Origin: Octopus vulgaris
Taxonomy: Eukaryota
Reading direction: 5' to 3'
Assembly (NCBI GenBank): GCA_951406725.2
Contig: CATOCA020000001.1
Coordinates: 1,984,001-2,048,000, forward strand
Length of the DNA stretch: 64,000 nucleotides
This document shows positions 13,439 through 25,023 of this stretch, piece by piece. The translations under genes and the position numbers were made by a program. Each line of letters opens with the position of its first letter. Positions within the stretch are counted from its first letter, which is position 1. Below the pieces are notes generated by a model, which was given only the letters and a program-made list of their open reading frames with translations, had not been told where the DNA came from and ran no database searches.

Positions 13439-14784
13439 GTATTTTTAAAATGTTTACTGACAAGATATTCTTGTTATTTTACCTGATGTCTCTCATAATC
13501 TGGCAGACTTGCAATGAAACGGGTTCCAAATATGACCACCCTCATATTTTTCACTGATAATAAATCTATCATTGCCTCCAGTAAACATTGTCTTTATTCA
13601 AGTGGAAGACGTTGGTTTGCTGCTCAGAAAACCGTTGTCTCTTTCCCTTTCTTCAAACTTCATAGAGGCTGTATGATACAATACAATCAAATACATTCAA
13701 AGAAACATCGGACGGGTTGAAAGGAGAACGGATAGTGAACACCTTAGATAAAAGCTCCTTAAGAACCCTTCTGATGGTACTAGGATATTTTTGCCGATGT
13801 TAAGTGGGGGAGATTATAATGCACTAAAGATGAAGTGAACAAGAATATACGGGAGACATAAGAGGACGTAGTGTTTCTTGGTTACAAGACCACATCCATA
13901 CGAACCGTGATTATAGTCCCTATGTTTCAGTATGTTTTGATGGTATTGTGTTTTCGATTCATTTCATAGGAAACACTATGTTGTGGAACATTTCTGTATA
14001 CATACTTGACACTAATTAGATGTATTTTATAAAACATTTTAGAAACATTTTCAATTAGTTGACGTCAATGATCATTAGTGACAAATGTGGTAAAACAGTG
14101 ATGGTGGAATGGGGTATGAGCAGGGTTTCATATTCCTTGTAATGTGGGTAACATCAGGAAGATTTCTACAGAGGTGTTCATTTCGTCCCCTCAGATTTGA
14201 TTGAACTGAGTTTTCAGCCACTTCAGAGGCACCGCATTGATTAAGGGGACATCAAAGGAGAGACGAATGTTTGGTTGATATATAGAAGAGGGTTGTCAGA
14301 GATATCCTAGAGTTTTCAGAATCACTTCCATTCTACCACTTAAAGTGGTGTGTGTAATGTGTTTATGGTTAGATCATGGATAACCAAACTGGTTGCCATT
14401 GGAATTAAGCAAAGATGAGAATAATGTTGGTTAGAGAAGGGCAGAAGTGAGGGCACAATTTCACGTCATATGTTCAGTGCAGATATAAGAAAGGAAAGAC
14501 AAACCTAATAAAAGATTGGTGTTATCAAGTGATAATTAAATGAAATAATGACACGGTTGTTAGATTATGTCGAATGTCTCAAAAGATAAAGGAAATTTTG
14601 GAAAGCAGTGTAAATATTGAACTATTACATGGTAATCCTGTTGAAACTATAAACATTCTAACCAAAACCATTGTCTTCAACAGTTGATTATCTATGAAAG
14701 AAATCTCTGATATAAAATATAGATTATTAATAAAGATAGAGAAATTTTTCTATAATGTTTAAAACTTGGAAATATTCATTTCAG

Positions 14785-14835
14785 TGAATCGAACATTTGA
14801 AGTCAAGGAAACACAGACATTGGCTGAACCTGTAG
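14785..14835 (+). CDS. 51-nt linker exon, copy 3
   Basis: Identical to copy 2, with intact ag/gt. Confidence 0.62.
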
Positions 14836-15144
14836 GTGAGTATAAAATAACAGCACTTGATTGATTTCTGTAAGGTTTATTCTCTGCTGAACTATTTTGA
14901 TATCAGAATGATAAAGATCAGCTTCCATTCTTACTTTTCAATGGGAAGTTTTAGCATTAAACTAATCATATTAAACATATCGATACTATTGACGTTTCAT
15001 AAAGTATCCAATCAGGTTAGCACGGTTGGTGAAATGGATAAATTAGAAGCAAAATAGATTTCAGGTTCTCTTTTGGAACAGCCAAATAATATATGTTGTG
15101 GTTTAACAGGTGAGGTAATGACAAAGGTTTTGTTTGTTTTATAC

Positions 15145-15580
15145 TCTTTAACTCGGTTCAGACTGTCTCCATGCTGGAGCAACACCTTTTTAGTCGACCA
15201 AATCGACCCTAGGACTTATTCTTTGTAAGCCTAGTACTTATTCTATCGGTCTCTTTAGCCAAACAGTTAAGTTACACGGACGGAAACACACCAGCACCGG
15301 TTGTCAAGCAATGTTGGGAGGACAAACACATACACACATACATACATACATACATACATACATACATACATACATACATACATACATACATACATACATA
15401 CATACATACATACATACGACGGGCTTCTTTCAGTTCCTGTCTACCAAATCCACTCACAAGGCTTTGGTTGGCTCGAGGCTATAGTAGAAGACACTTGCCT
15501 AAGGTGCCACACAGTGGGACTGAACCCAGAACCATCTGGTTCGTAAGCAAGCTACTTACCACACAACCACTCCTACGCCT
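15145..15580 (-). mobile_element. SINE copy within tandem unit 3
   Basis: Matches 10925-11352, with B box GGTTCAGTCCC intact. Confidence 0.85.
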
Positions 15581-16639
15581 TTATTTTAAAAATGTTTACT
15601 GACAAGTTATTGTTGTTATTTTAGCTGATGTCTCTCATAATCTGGCAGACTTACAATGAAACGAGTTCCAAATATGACCACCCTCTTATTTTTCACTGAT
15701 AATAAATCTATCATTGCATCCAGTAAACATTGTCTTTATTCCAGTGGAAGACATCGGTTTGCTGCTCAGAAAACCGTTGTCTCTTTCCCTTTCTTGAAAC
15801 TTCATAGAGGCTGTATGATACAATACAATCAAATACATTCAAAGAAACAGTGGACGGGTTGAAAAAATAAAGGATAGTGAACACTTTAGATAGCAGCTCC
15901 TTAAGAACCCTGCTTACGGTGCTAGGATTCATTGGGAAATTTTAGCAGTAAACTAATCATGATGACACCTAGAAGTTATGAGCTGGGTGTGCCCGGTTCC
16001 TTTAGCTTGTTAGGTATAAGGGCCGAAACGCTTGTGGAATGGGAGTTCTTCTACTGAAGATCTCTCCTGCTGTGTACTCACCTTGCCACGAGTTCCCCCT
16101 TTTTATTGTAACTCTGTGTTTATCCTAGTTGAAGCGTTGAGTCGTGTGTTTGCGGTGAAATATGTGATGCGCAAATTGATTGACATCAGAATTAAGCAGA
16201 AACTGAGAAGAATATTGTTTGGTGAAATATGAAAGTGAGAGGAAAATGCCGTGTCTTAGATTTGGCCCAAATGTAAGAAAGGAAAAACAGAAGAGAAAAG
16301 CAGGGTTGTCAAGTGATAATTAAAATGTGATAATTACCACATTGTTAGATTATGTAGAGCATCTTAATAGAAAGAGGAGATTTAGGAAGGTTGGTCCATT
16401 TTGTTGTGGACATAATATTGAGCTATTACATAGGAAATCTGTAGAAAATATGAAAATGTTAACCGAAGCCATAGTGGTTTCTCATTGCGCATTGTAGAAA
16501 GGATTATCAATACAAATAAAGAAATTTTACAAGACTCGAGTGCCACAAAAGCAGCCCCTTCAGAAAGTGGCACAAAACTTAGTTAATGACCACAAAAATT
16601 ATTGATGGAAGCAATAGACTTCTTTTATATATGCGAAAA

Positions 16640-17070
16640 GATTAAGCATGTGATGAGGTGTTGCTATAACAATTTCAAAATGTGCTTCATGAAAGAAAAC
16701 TTCACAACAGACTGGCACCTTCTTGAGATTGGAATTGCTGTAGTTTGTACAGCATTTGTTTTCTGCTTATGATGGAGATTTTATGATCAGCAGGTTGATC
16801 ATAAGAAACGGCTCAAGTGGATTCATCTAAAGAGACTCCATGGATGACATCACAATACTAACAAGAGACCCAAAGATATGCAAATAGTTCTGGATCAACT
16901 AATTACTTGGTGAATAATGAAGGTTAAAGTAAATACGTAATGCAGTCTGTCATTTGTCATATTTAAGCAGAAGCAAGTAAATTTCAAAAATAACAGGAGA
17001 AACGAGACCAAATGTTAAAGACAATCCTATATAAAGATTAGGACGATGGTGTGCTAGCTTGCTGTCTGGT
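16640..17070 (+). mobile_element. Highly degenerate non-LTR reverse transcriptase fragment (possibly Hero/R2-like)
   Basis: 'FTTDWHLLEIGIA' and 'MDDITIL' motifs in broken frames. Confidence 0.4.
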
Positions 17071-17269
17071 AGGAAACGAGGAATTGATACATACCTTGTC
17101 ACAGATGTAAGAATTATAAGCAGTAGATACGCCAAAGTGTATTATGATGCACAAATACCATGTATCAAAATGTCAACATCATGTCTGCTGTTCAATACTC
17201 TGTAAACATTGTAAAGCTGCAACGGAGTCTACGAAGCAGTGACCAGCATGTCTTCAGATGTGTCTCCAT

Positions 17270-17570
17270 TGAAGCTGACGTCTTTGAACGCAGCCTTAAG
17301 TTCAATTCAGATGGCTGTTAATGCTCCTAGAGACGGTGGTCAAATCTGGCTGGACATGGTCGCTGTTCGAAGGCCTTATACATGACAGCAGAATGCAGTT
17401 CCTTTCCATACCAGCAGGAAGAATCAGAAGTGACTGTCGGAGAATTTATACGGCTTCCATGGACCCATGTTTAGCCTCCTAATTGCCTTGATTGTAATCC
17501 CATGGATTATTATGTCTGGAGCAGAGTTGAAAAAGAGACCATCCGCTCTGACCGCAACAACTGAAACAGG
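17270..17570 (+). mobile_element. Degenerate Tc1/mariner-superfamily transposase catalytic fragment
   Basis: 'RPYT*QQNAVPFHTSRKNQK*LSEN...PPNCLDCNPMDYYVWSRVEKET' resembles the QQDxAPxH...WPPxSPDLNPxDY motifs. Confidence 0.65.
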
Positions 17571-18179
17571 AAATGAGGTTGGATTAGAGAAAAACTCCTT
17601 CAGAACCCTTATGATGTTAATAGGAATCTAAATGCAGATGCTATGTGAAGTAGTGTAAAATGTACTGAGGATGAACTGGACAGGTATATACAGGATCCCT
17701 ACAGTGACCCACAGCAAGGCCAGCAGTTCCAGCTCAAGGAGGGTTTGAAATATCGAATGAAGCTGGGAATCAAATTTCAGCAAAGTGATTTCAGCCAACA
17801 CCAATCAGATAGCTGTGTGAAGAAGGCAAGAGCAATGGGTGCCCCAGAAGGCGATAGTATACCATAGAAGGTGTACAAGTATTTGTACAGGATTCTGTTA
17901 TAAGCTTTACGTACGACTTAGAGAATTGTGGTACAGAAGTAAACTAGTTCGTCGAGTAATAATTAAATCAGATAACTGCTAAGTTAATTGATAATGTAGG
18001 ATATTTTAATAGATACAAGAAGTTTAGGGAAGGTGAGTCTATTTAGTTGTGGATCTAAATATTGACCATTGATAATAGAAATGTCTTACAATATAAAATA
18101 CACTAATAAAATAAAGACCAATTAACAGAGACAAAGAAATTGTACTGTGAAGTGTAAAGTTTGGAAATATTTATTTCAG

Positions 18180-18250
18180 AGTCTCTAAAACTGAATGGGG
18201 AGTATCTCCAAAGAGCAGCAAAGAAGTTAGGGGCAACTGGCAGCAAGCAG
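18180..18250 (+). CDS. Exon encoding the N-terminal part of a death domain (possible 1-nt frameshift)
   Basis: Acceptor 'atttatttcag|', donor 'CAG|gtgagt'. Phase-1 entry gives (E)SLKLNGEYLQRAAKKLG. Adding one G to the G4 run continues GNWQQAG, the typical DD helix-2 start. Confidence 0.65.
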
Positions 18251-20608
18251 GTGAGTATAGAATACCTAATTGCTTTCTATAAATTTTGCCATTACTTGAA
18301 GTTTTGTTTGTTAAAATGACAACGAAAAAGTTCCATTCGTAATTTCCTGTTGAAATGTTAGCTAAAGATATTACTGAAACTTCATAAAATATTCACCGAA
18401 ATTAGCATAGTTTTGCATACTTGGTGAAATTAGAAAATACAATAGAGTTGATACAAGGAACGAAGTTCTTTTGTTATTTAAAGGTAAACAGGTGAGTTAA
18501 TAGCGACGCTTCTGTTGTTTACGTTGTTTACGTTTCTACTTAATTTAATGATAGATTGTTGTTGTTGTTGTGTAGACTTAATCTGGCAATATTATGAAGA
18601 AAGGTGTTCCAGGTGTGACATAACTGCTTCACCTGGGAGACAAGGACCAAATTACCAAATGGAACTTTTTAAACAGGAGAGTGTGCATTTTATGTGACAT
18701 GTTGTAGTCTGCCCTTTCGCCAGTCTGTTTTCCTATATTTATAGTAATTCTTTAGCGCCAGGTCAACCTATTGTCTTGTCTCTAAACAGACAAGTCACTT
18801 TGTTGATTGTCTTCATTGCTGGATTGAACTCAGTACTTATAAGTTAATGAAGCACTTCCTAATTATAAAATAATTATGCCATCATATGTAAATTCGAATT
18901 GATTTTGTTTCTCACTTGAAATCACTTCACTCTTCATTACATTATAAAAGTCATTTGGAAAGGCATGAACATCACAATAACCCACTTCCCCTTGTCTGAA
19001 TGTGTAACAACATAAAATACCATTTATACAATGTTCCCATTATTTACACAAATGCCTTCCCATGGTACCTATATGCATCTAGGTAGACTGCATCATAGAG
19101 AGACGCCTTTAGCAGGGATATAGAGCAGTGCCGGGGACTAGATTTGAACCTTCCAGCCTGGATACAAGAAGTCATGACAATATCCTGTCAGTCAGCTGAT
19201 AGAAATGGTTTATCTAAATTAAGAGAGGATATCATCTATGACATGTCGAACATGTTATACCTTTGGAATTAATATAAAATCTAACAGTCATATACTAGGC
19301 TAAAATCAATCCACAAACAACGGTTCATCATCATCATCATCATCATCATCCTCATCTTGTTTCATTTCTCGAAGTTTGAATGAGTTAGACTACTTATCTC
19401 ACAGCTGTTGTCGTCCTTTGACAGATTTAACTTCTTGTTTACTTCCATCTGGATTTCCTGGTACTTCTTCATCCAGCTTGTATCTTCCGTACGCCTCCCA
19501 TATCTGCACCACCTAGTTTTTCTTCCAGTTCATTTTTTTCTCCCTGATTTCTACACATTAGCATTACACATCCAGTAAAGAATGCTCTCTTAATTTCTTG
19601 CCAGTTTTCATACATCCTCCATATTCAATGCATCATTGCATCATACAATCTGCCCTTCATTTGGAAACGGAACCTCTTTGTTACCAACAGCCATAATAGC
19701 TAACTGTGCATTTTTCACCTCATATTTTGCTCTAAATAGTATGAATGCAAAATAGTTTCCTCCACTTTCAATTATGTTACCAAGGTAACAGAAACCATCA
19801 ACTACAACTTCCATAGTTGTTCTTACTATAGCGACCCCCGTATATCTGCTAATGACAAAGTATTTCCTCTACCCTGTGAACATACCTCTGGTCCCACTGC
19901 ATTACCTTGGCTTATAGAATTCCTACTTACCCACCTCTTTCCTGTTAATTAAAACTCTATTCATTGCTAGGTTTACTCCATTGTCGACATCTCTCTCCAT
20001 TGTGGCCTTGATCCAGTGAAAGAAATCCTTATTATGAGTCATGAACCAAGAAAATTAATTTCGTGTCTTCTATAATATTTGAGGAGAACTAGGAAATATT
20101 ATATTTTTGTGTAATTGTGATCATTCTGGTATCTTGTCTATTTGTTATTTAATTGGTCACCGTGTACCGAATATTACAGGTAATGTTTGTCAACCCAGTC
20201 CCCACTTTCCAGGTATGTCTAAATGTTGATATTCCAGACGAGGAAGGGGTATCACACATCATTATTTCCAGCGTTGATGTTATCAGATGGTTTTTCAAAG
20301 CCTTCCTTAAAAAAGCATATTTTCCACACAAATACTGCTCCTGTCAGCTGTTTACCATACATTTTCTCAAATCCTTCATTCTTTTTAATATTTCTTCTTC
20401 TTACTTCTTTATTTTAACCTCTTTGTTATTTTTGTCAACATTCTTAAAAATAGAGAACAATGTCTTATAGTTTTCATGTTTCTTATTTATTTCGTTATTT
20501 CTCTATTGATGTAGATTCTTTGTTATATTTATAACTTACAGTACATAGTCTTTGTATCATTGTTAATGTTGTTGTTCCTGTTATTTTCTGTCGTTGTATC
20601 TTTTGCAG

Positions 20609-20815
20609 GACGTTTTCTAGGAGTTCCAGCAAGTTAATCTGGATATTATCAAGAATGATTCTCCTTGTGACACAGTAAAACAGAGTTATCAAATGCTTTG
20701 TGAGTGGTTTATAAATTGTAAACCAGAGGAACGTACAGTTGAGACCCTCAGAAGAGGCCTTAAAGATGCTGAGTGCTTTGATGCCCTTGAGTATCTCTCA
20801 TTATATGAACGGTGA
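20609..20815 (+). CDS. Terminal exon encoding death-domain helices 3-6
   Basis: Long polypyrimidine tract ending 'ttttgcag|' (alternative 'ttttctag|' at 20620). Frame 20621-20815 reads EFQQVNLDIIKNDSPCDTVKQSYQMLCEWFINCKPEERTVETLRRGLKDAECFDALEYLSLYER*, matching the DD pattern (Q.Y.ML..W, T...L...L). Confidence 0.78.
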
Positions 20816-21043
20816 ATTTCTGTTTAAATTCTACTGTTGTTTGCTCCCAGGTGAATGCTGACCAAAGAGAGAGACCTTTGACCAAAGTATAGAGAACCAA
20901 GAACCACATTCTCCAATTTGTCCTCCTTTACAATGATGAGGTGTGGAGTGCAGTGGATTTAGCTACTAATTCTAGCAGATCTATCTCTCACATAAGAGAT
21001 ACCCTTCACTGGTTTGGTTCCTTTGTTAGAAATTAGCTTTTGA

Positions 21044-21049
21044 AATAAA
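21044..21049 (+). promoter_or_regulatory. Candidate polyadenylation signal (another at 21421-21426)
   Basis: AATAAA about 230 nt after the death-domain stop. Weak evidence in AT-rich DNA. Confidence 0.3.
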
Positions 21050-24000
21050 GATAAACTTTGAAATATCCGTTTGTTGTTGTTGCTGTTGTTGTATATATAA
21101 TCACTTCCCTAAACACTTTCATTGTTATTTAGACAGTTTTAATATCCTCTGCCAAATTAATAGTTATCTACCTTCATTTATAGCTTAGAACAAAATGTCT
21201 GGTATACATACATTGATGTTTTTTTTCTATGAATATATATCACATAGAGATAGTATTTCTATATAATAAATGATATCTCTCTTTGTTCTGTTATGGTTTA
21301 AGACCAGTTTAAAGTGGGGATGCTTGTATAAAACTTCATGGGGTTGTGAGTGCAATTAAGAATCATTATATTTTGTATTCTAGCTCTAGGCTGCTCTTTA
21401 TTTACTAGCTACCGAGTTTTAATAAATTTAAATTTAAGTATAACTGTCATAATGAAATAACATCACAGTATTTGTTACTGTAATTTCATGTGATTGAGGA
21501 AAAGTCACAGTGAGCCCACAGTATCGGAATAAATTGAGATAATGGAAAAGTTCTATTTTGCCCAACAATTTTTAACATCATACTACTCGGATGTTATCGC
21601 ATTTTAATTTTTATTTTAATTTCATAATTCTTTGCACCATAGACGTAGAAAAGTTTTTAAAGAAGTAAAACACTTGAAGCTTCCTTGGTGGACTTCCTTT
21701 GTCTATAAAATTGTGGGATGTGACAGAAAGCTCTACCGTACATAATTTAATGAAACAAGATTGTAAGACACATAGTCATTATCCACTGGTTGTAGGATTC
21801 TTTTCTGATAGGAGTTAATAAATCTGGTTTAATTTGGAAATTAAATACAAAACTATTTAAATTGCCTCAATTTTATTTCGGAAATTGATAAGAAATTGCT
21901 ATTGAGAGGGAAAAGAAAAAAGGCATTTGAGGGGTGATGCATACCCTGTGCGCAGATAAAGTTTTTTTTTCTCAAATTATAGTATGGCTTACAATGCGTT
22001 TCTTAGACATACTTTTGCATTGAACTAACTTAAGCTTTGTAATTGTTTGCCTAAAAGACGATTGAAAGTCTAAGAAGATGACAGCTAAAAGTGGACTTGA
22101 CCGATGTCTACGGCAAACCGTAAAAGTAAAATTTGCAAATGACTAAATAAATGGTTATTCAAATAAAAATTATGATTATGAAAACGAAAGTGAACAAAAT
22201 GAAATAAGTATAGAAAATATTGCATAGAATTTCAGAAGTGTTTTCAACGTTTTTCAATGAAGGCAAGAGAATCAAACGCAGGATATAAATAATAAGGCTA
22301 CTTGCTGATCGGGAAATTCGTAAGCTCGATTTTATTTCATTTTTTTGTTTTAAGTATCACCATTATAGGTATATACATTCTGGTGAAATTAAGAAATCAA
22401 CTCGTAAATAAACGAAACTCTCGCATCCATCACTGAACACACACACACACACACAGAGTCGCATATCTGTGTATGTATTTATGTATGTGTGTACCTACAC
22501 GTGTCTACGTACTTAGATACACCATGATCTGTACACATGAAGACAATGGTCGATTCAAATCACACACAAACACATACATACACTCACTCGCACACGCACA
22601 TACACACACACACATATATATATTGTGTACTATTCCGTGCCCCATCTGGTGAGTGAAAAATAGTATTTAATAAACATAATACATGTTTTTTTTTCTGTGC
22701 TGCTATTAGCTTCTTGTACTGAGAACTTGCCACAACGATGCATAACCTGCGTTCATAATTTCTTTTGCAAAACATATTCACAGTCAAAACATTTTGATTC
22801 ACCCGTCCGCCAGTTTTGAAGATAATCAAACCAGATTTTCATCAAGTTTAGTCATTTATCCACTGCGTATTTCTGCTGAATTTCGTGAAAATTTGTTCAG
22901 CTGTTGTCCAGTTATTGTTTCTAAAACACAAACAGACCACGACGAGCGACCACAATACCTTACTTTCGCTTACGCGCAGGGTACTTATTAGTATTAAAAC
23001 AAATTATTGGGTATCAAATTCTGTATAAAATTATTTCAAATAAATTGTTAACATATTTCACTGATTTTTAGTTCCAAAACCTGGTAGCGAAATTATATTC
23101 AAACATTATTTGTGATGTTAAAACAGAAGAAAAATATAAACATGATTGTTTTTCCTGAAAGTTGTACGAAATAAGTGACTCTTTATATAAGCTAAGAGAA
23201 ACATATTTAGTATCGAATTTAATCAGTAGCAGTAAATGTATTTCTAAAAGGGCCAGGTGTGAAAACCTGAGAAAATATAATTCTTTTACTGATTCCATAA
23301 AACTAAAATGTTTAACTTTCAACTGTGATGACCCAAATCAATTCTTTTGGTGATTGAGATCTTCATCTTGTTTTGCGCAAAGATTCTGACAGTTATTAGC
23401 ATATATTAATTAATGAGAAAATATATTGCCCCTGATTGGTCAAGTCAATCAAAGAATAAAACCAGAGGAAATAATGATGATGATGTAACTGAGGAGAGTC
23501 ACAAACCTCAAGGTGTATCATGCATTCATAAATAAGTAATCCTCTCAGAACGACACAATTTCACATGAAAAAGAGGAAATATAATGAATTGATTTGATAA
23601 AATATTGAAAGAATACCCGTTCGTTTAATTTATAAGAATTGTTTGGTGTCTGAATGTATGAATACTAGACAAATTTAAAACATTTTGTCTCCGTTTTATA
23701 GAATTAATCATATACAGTTGTTTTGAAAGTATATTGGAATCCTTCAATTCACAGAAGGAATCTGTGAGGGACAGAATGAAATACTTATTTCTTTCACTCG
23801 TCGCATAATTCGCTGAGAGTTGTTTGTGTCACAGAAAATTTCTGCAGATCAGATTGTAGTGTTACAAGGAACAGCTAAAGTTATTAACATTATTGACATT
23901 CTTGCACCCCATAGTTGCCTCTTTTGTGACAAAATGGGATCGAATTTCAGAAAGTTGTGGCGAAAGAGCACAGCAGGGTTCGCCACCACGCACTGCCCGA

Positions 24001-24124
24001 GAATCGTGGAGCTTTAGATGTTTTGGCTAAATAAAAGCTCACAACGTCCGGTCTCAGAATCGAAACTGTGATTCCGCTGCCCTAACCACCAGGCTATTGC
24101 GCCTCCACACACACACACACACAC

Positions 24125-24167
<43 letters not shown>

Positions 24168-24329
24168 TAGCACTATGACCCGTCGTTGCTGGCTCATAGT
24201 GCTAGTGCATGTATATATGTGTATATATATATGTACATATTACATGTACATCTATATATATACATCTACACATAAAATACAAAATACAAAGCTATGTCTT
24301 GATATCGCTAGTGATAACAATACTCAAAA

Positions 24330-24570
24330 TATATAACAGACTGGAATTGTAGGCCCGTCTCTTGTAATTTCGATCAATTGTATCTTGTCCTCGCTCTTGT
24401 ATAGAAGTGTGGCTACAATCCTGCCTACCTCTACTTCTGGGGGGACATTTTTAATTTTTATCCGGGACGTTCTACGTCCCAGATATAAAGGTAAAAATAA
24501 AATATTTCCAATTTGCAAGGTTTGAGTCGAGTACTCCCTTGCACGCTCCATTGGCTCGAACCTTGCTTCT
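24330..24570 (-). mobile_element. Probable non-LTR retrotransposon ORF1 fragment
   Basis: 'EARFEPMERAREYSTQTLQIGNILFLPLYLGRRTSRIKIKNVPPEV' resembles the RRM-like segment of LINE ORF1 proteins. Confidence 0.4.
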
Positions 24571-24573
24571 ATT

Positions 24574-25023
24574 GGGAGAGAGAAAGCAACGAAAGGGGGA
24601 GCATACAGTAATATATAATGAGGTGGGAGAGCGGAGGGAGGGGAAGAGAGAAAGCAAGAAAGGGGGGAGCATACAGTAATATATAATGAGGTGGGAGAGC
24701 GGAGGGAGGGGGAGAGAGAAAGCAAGAAAAGGGAGAGCATACAGTAATATATAATGAGGGTGGAGAGAGTGCCAGAGGGAGAGGGAGAGAGAAAGCAAGA
24801 AAAGGGGGAGCATACAGTAATATATAATGAGGTGGGAGAGCGGAGGGAGGGGGAGAGAGAAAGCAAGAAAAGGGGAACATACAGTAATATATAATGAGGT
24901 GGGAGAGCGGAGGGAGGGGGGAGAGAGAAAGCAAGAAAGGGGGGAGCATACAGTAATATATAATGAGGTGGGAGAGCGGAGGGAGGGGGAGAGAGAAAGC
25001 AAGAAAGGGGGAGCATACAGTAA
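24574..25023. repeat. Purine/G-rich minisatellite, ~68-70 bp unit, ~6.5 copies
   Basis: Unit gagcatacagtaatatataatgaggtgggagagcggagggagggggagagagaaagcaagaaagggg. Confidence 0.95.

Larger units (their letters stand above)
10141..15930 (+). repeat. Tandem triplication of a ~2.1-kb intronic/exonic unit (10141-12273, 12274-14357, 14358-~15930 partial)
   Basis: Near-identical sequence at offsets 2133 and 2084. Each copy carries a 51-nt exon and a SINE with a variable (TACA)n tract. Confidence 0.95.

Noticed and set aside
23425-23445. CCAAT box (ctgattggtc) as promoter of the ZNF locus
   Set aside because: A single short motif about 4.7 kb upstream with no supporting evidence of a transcription start.
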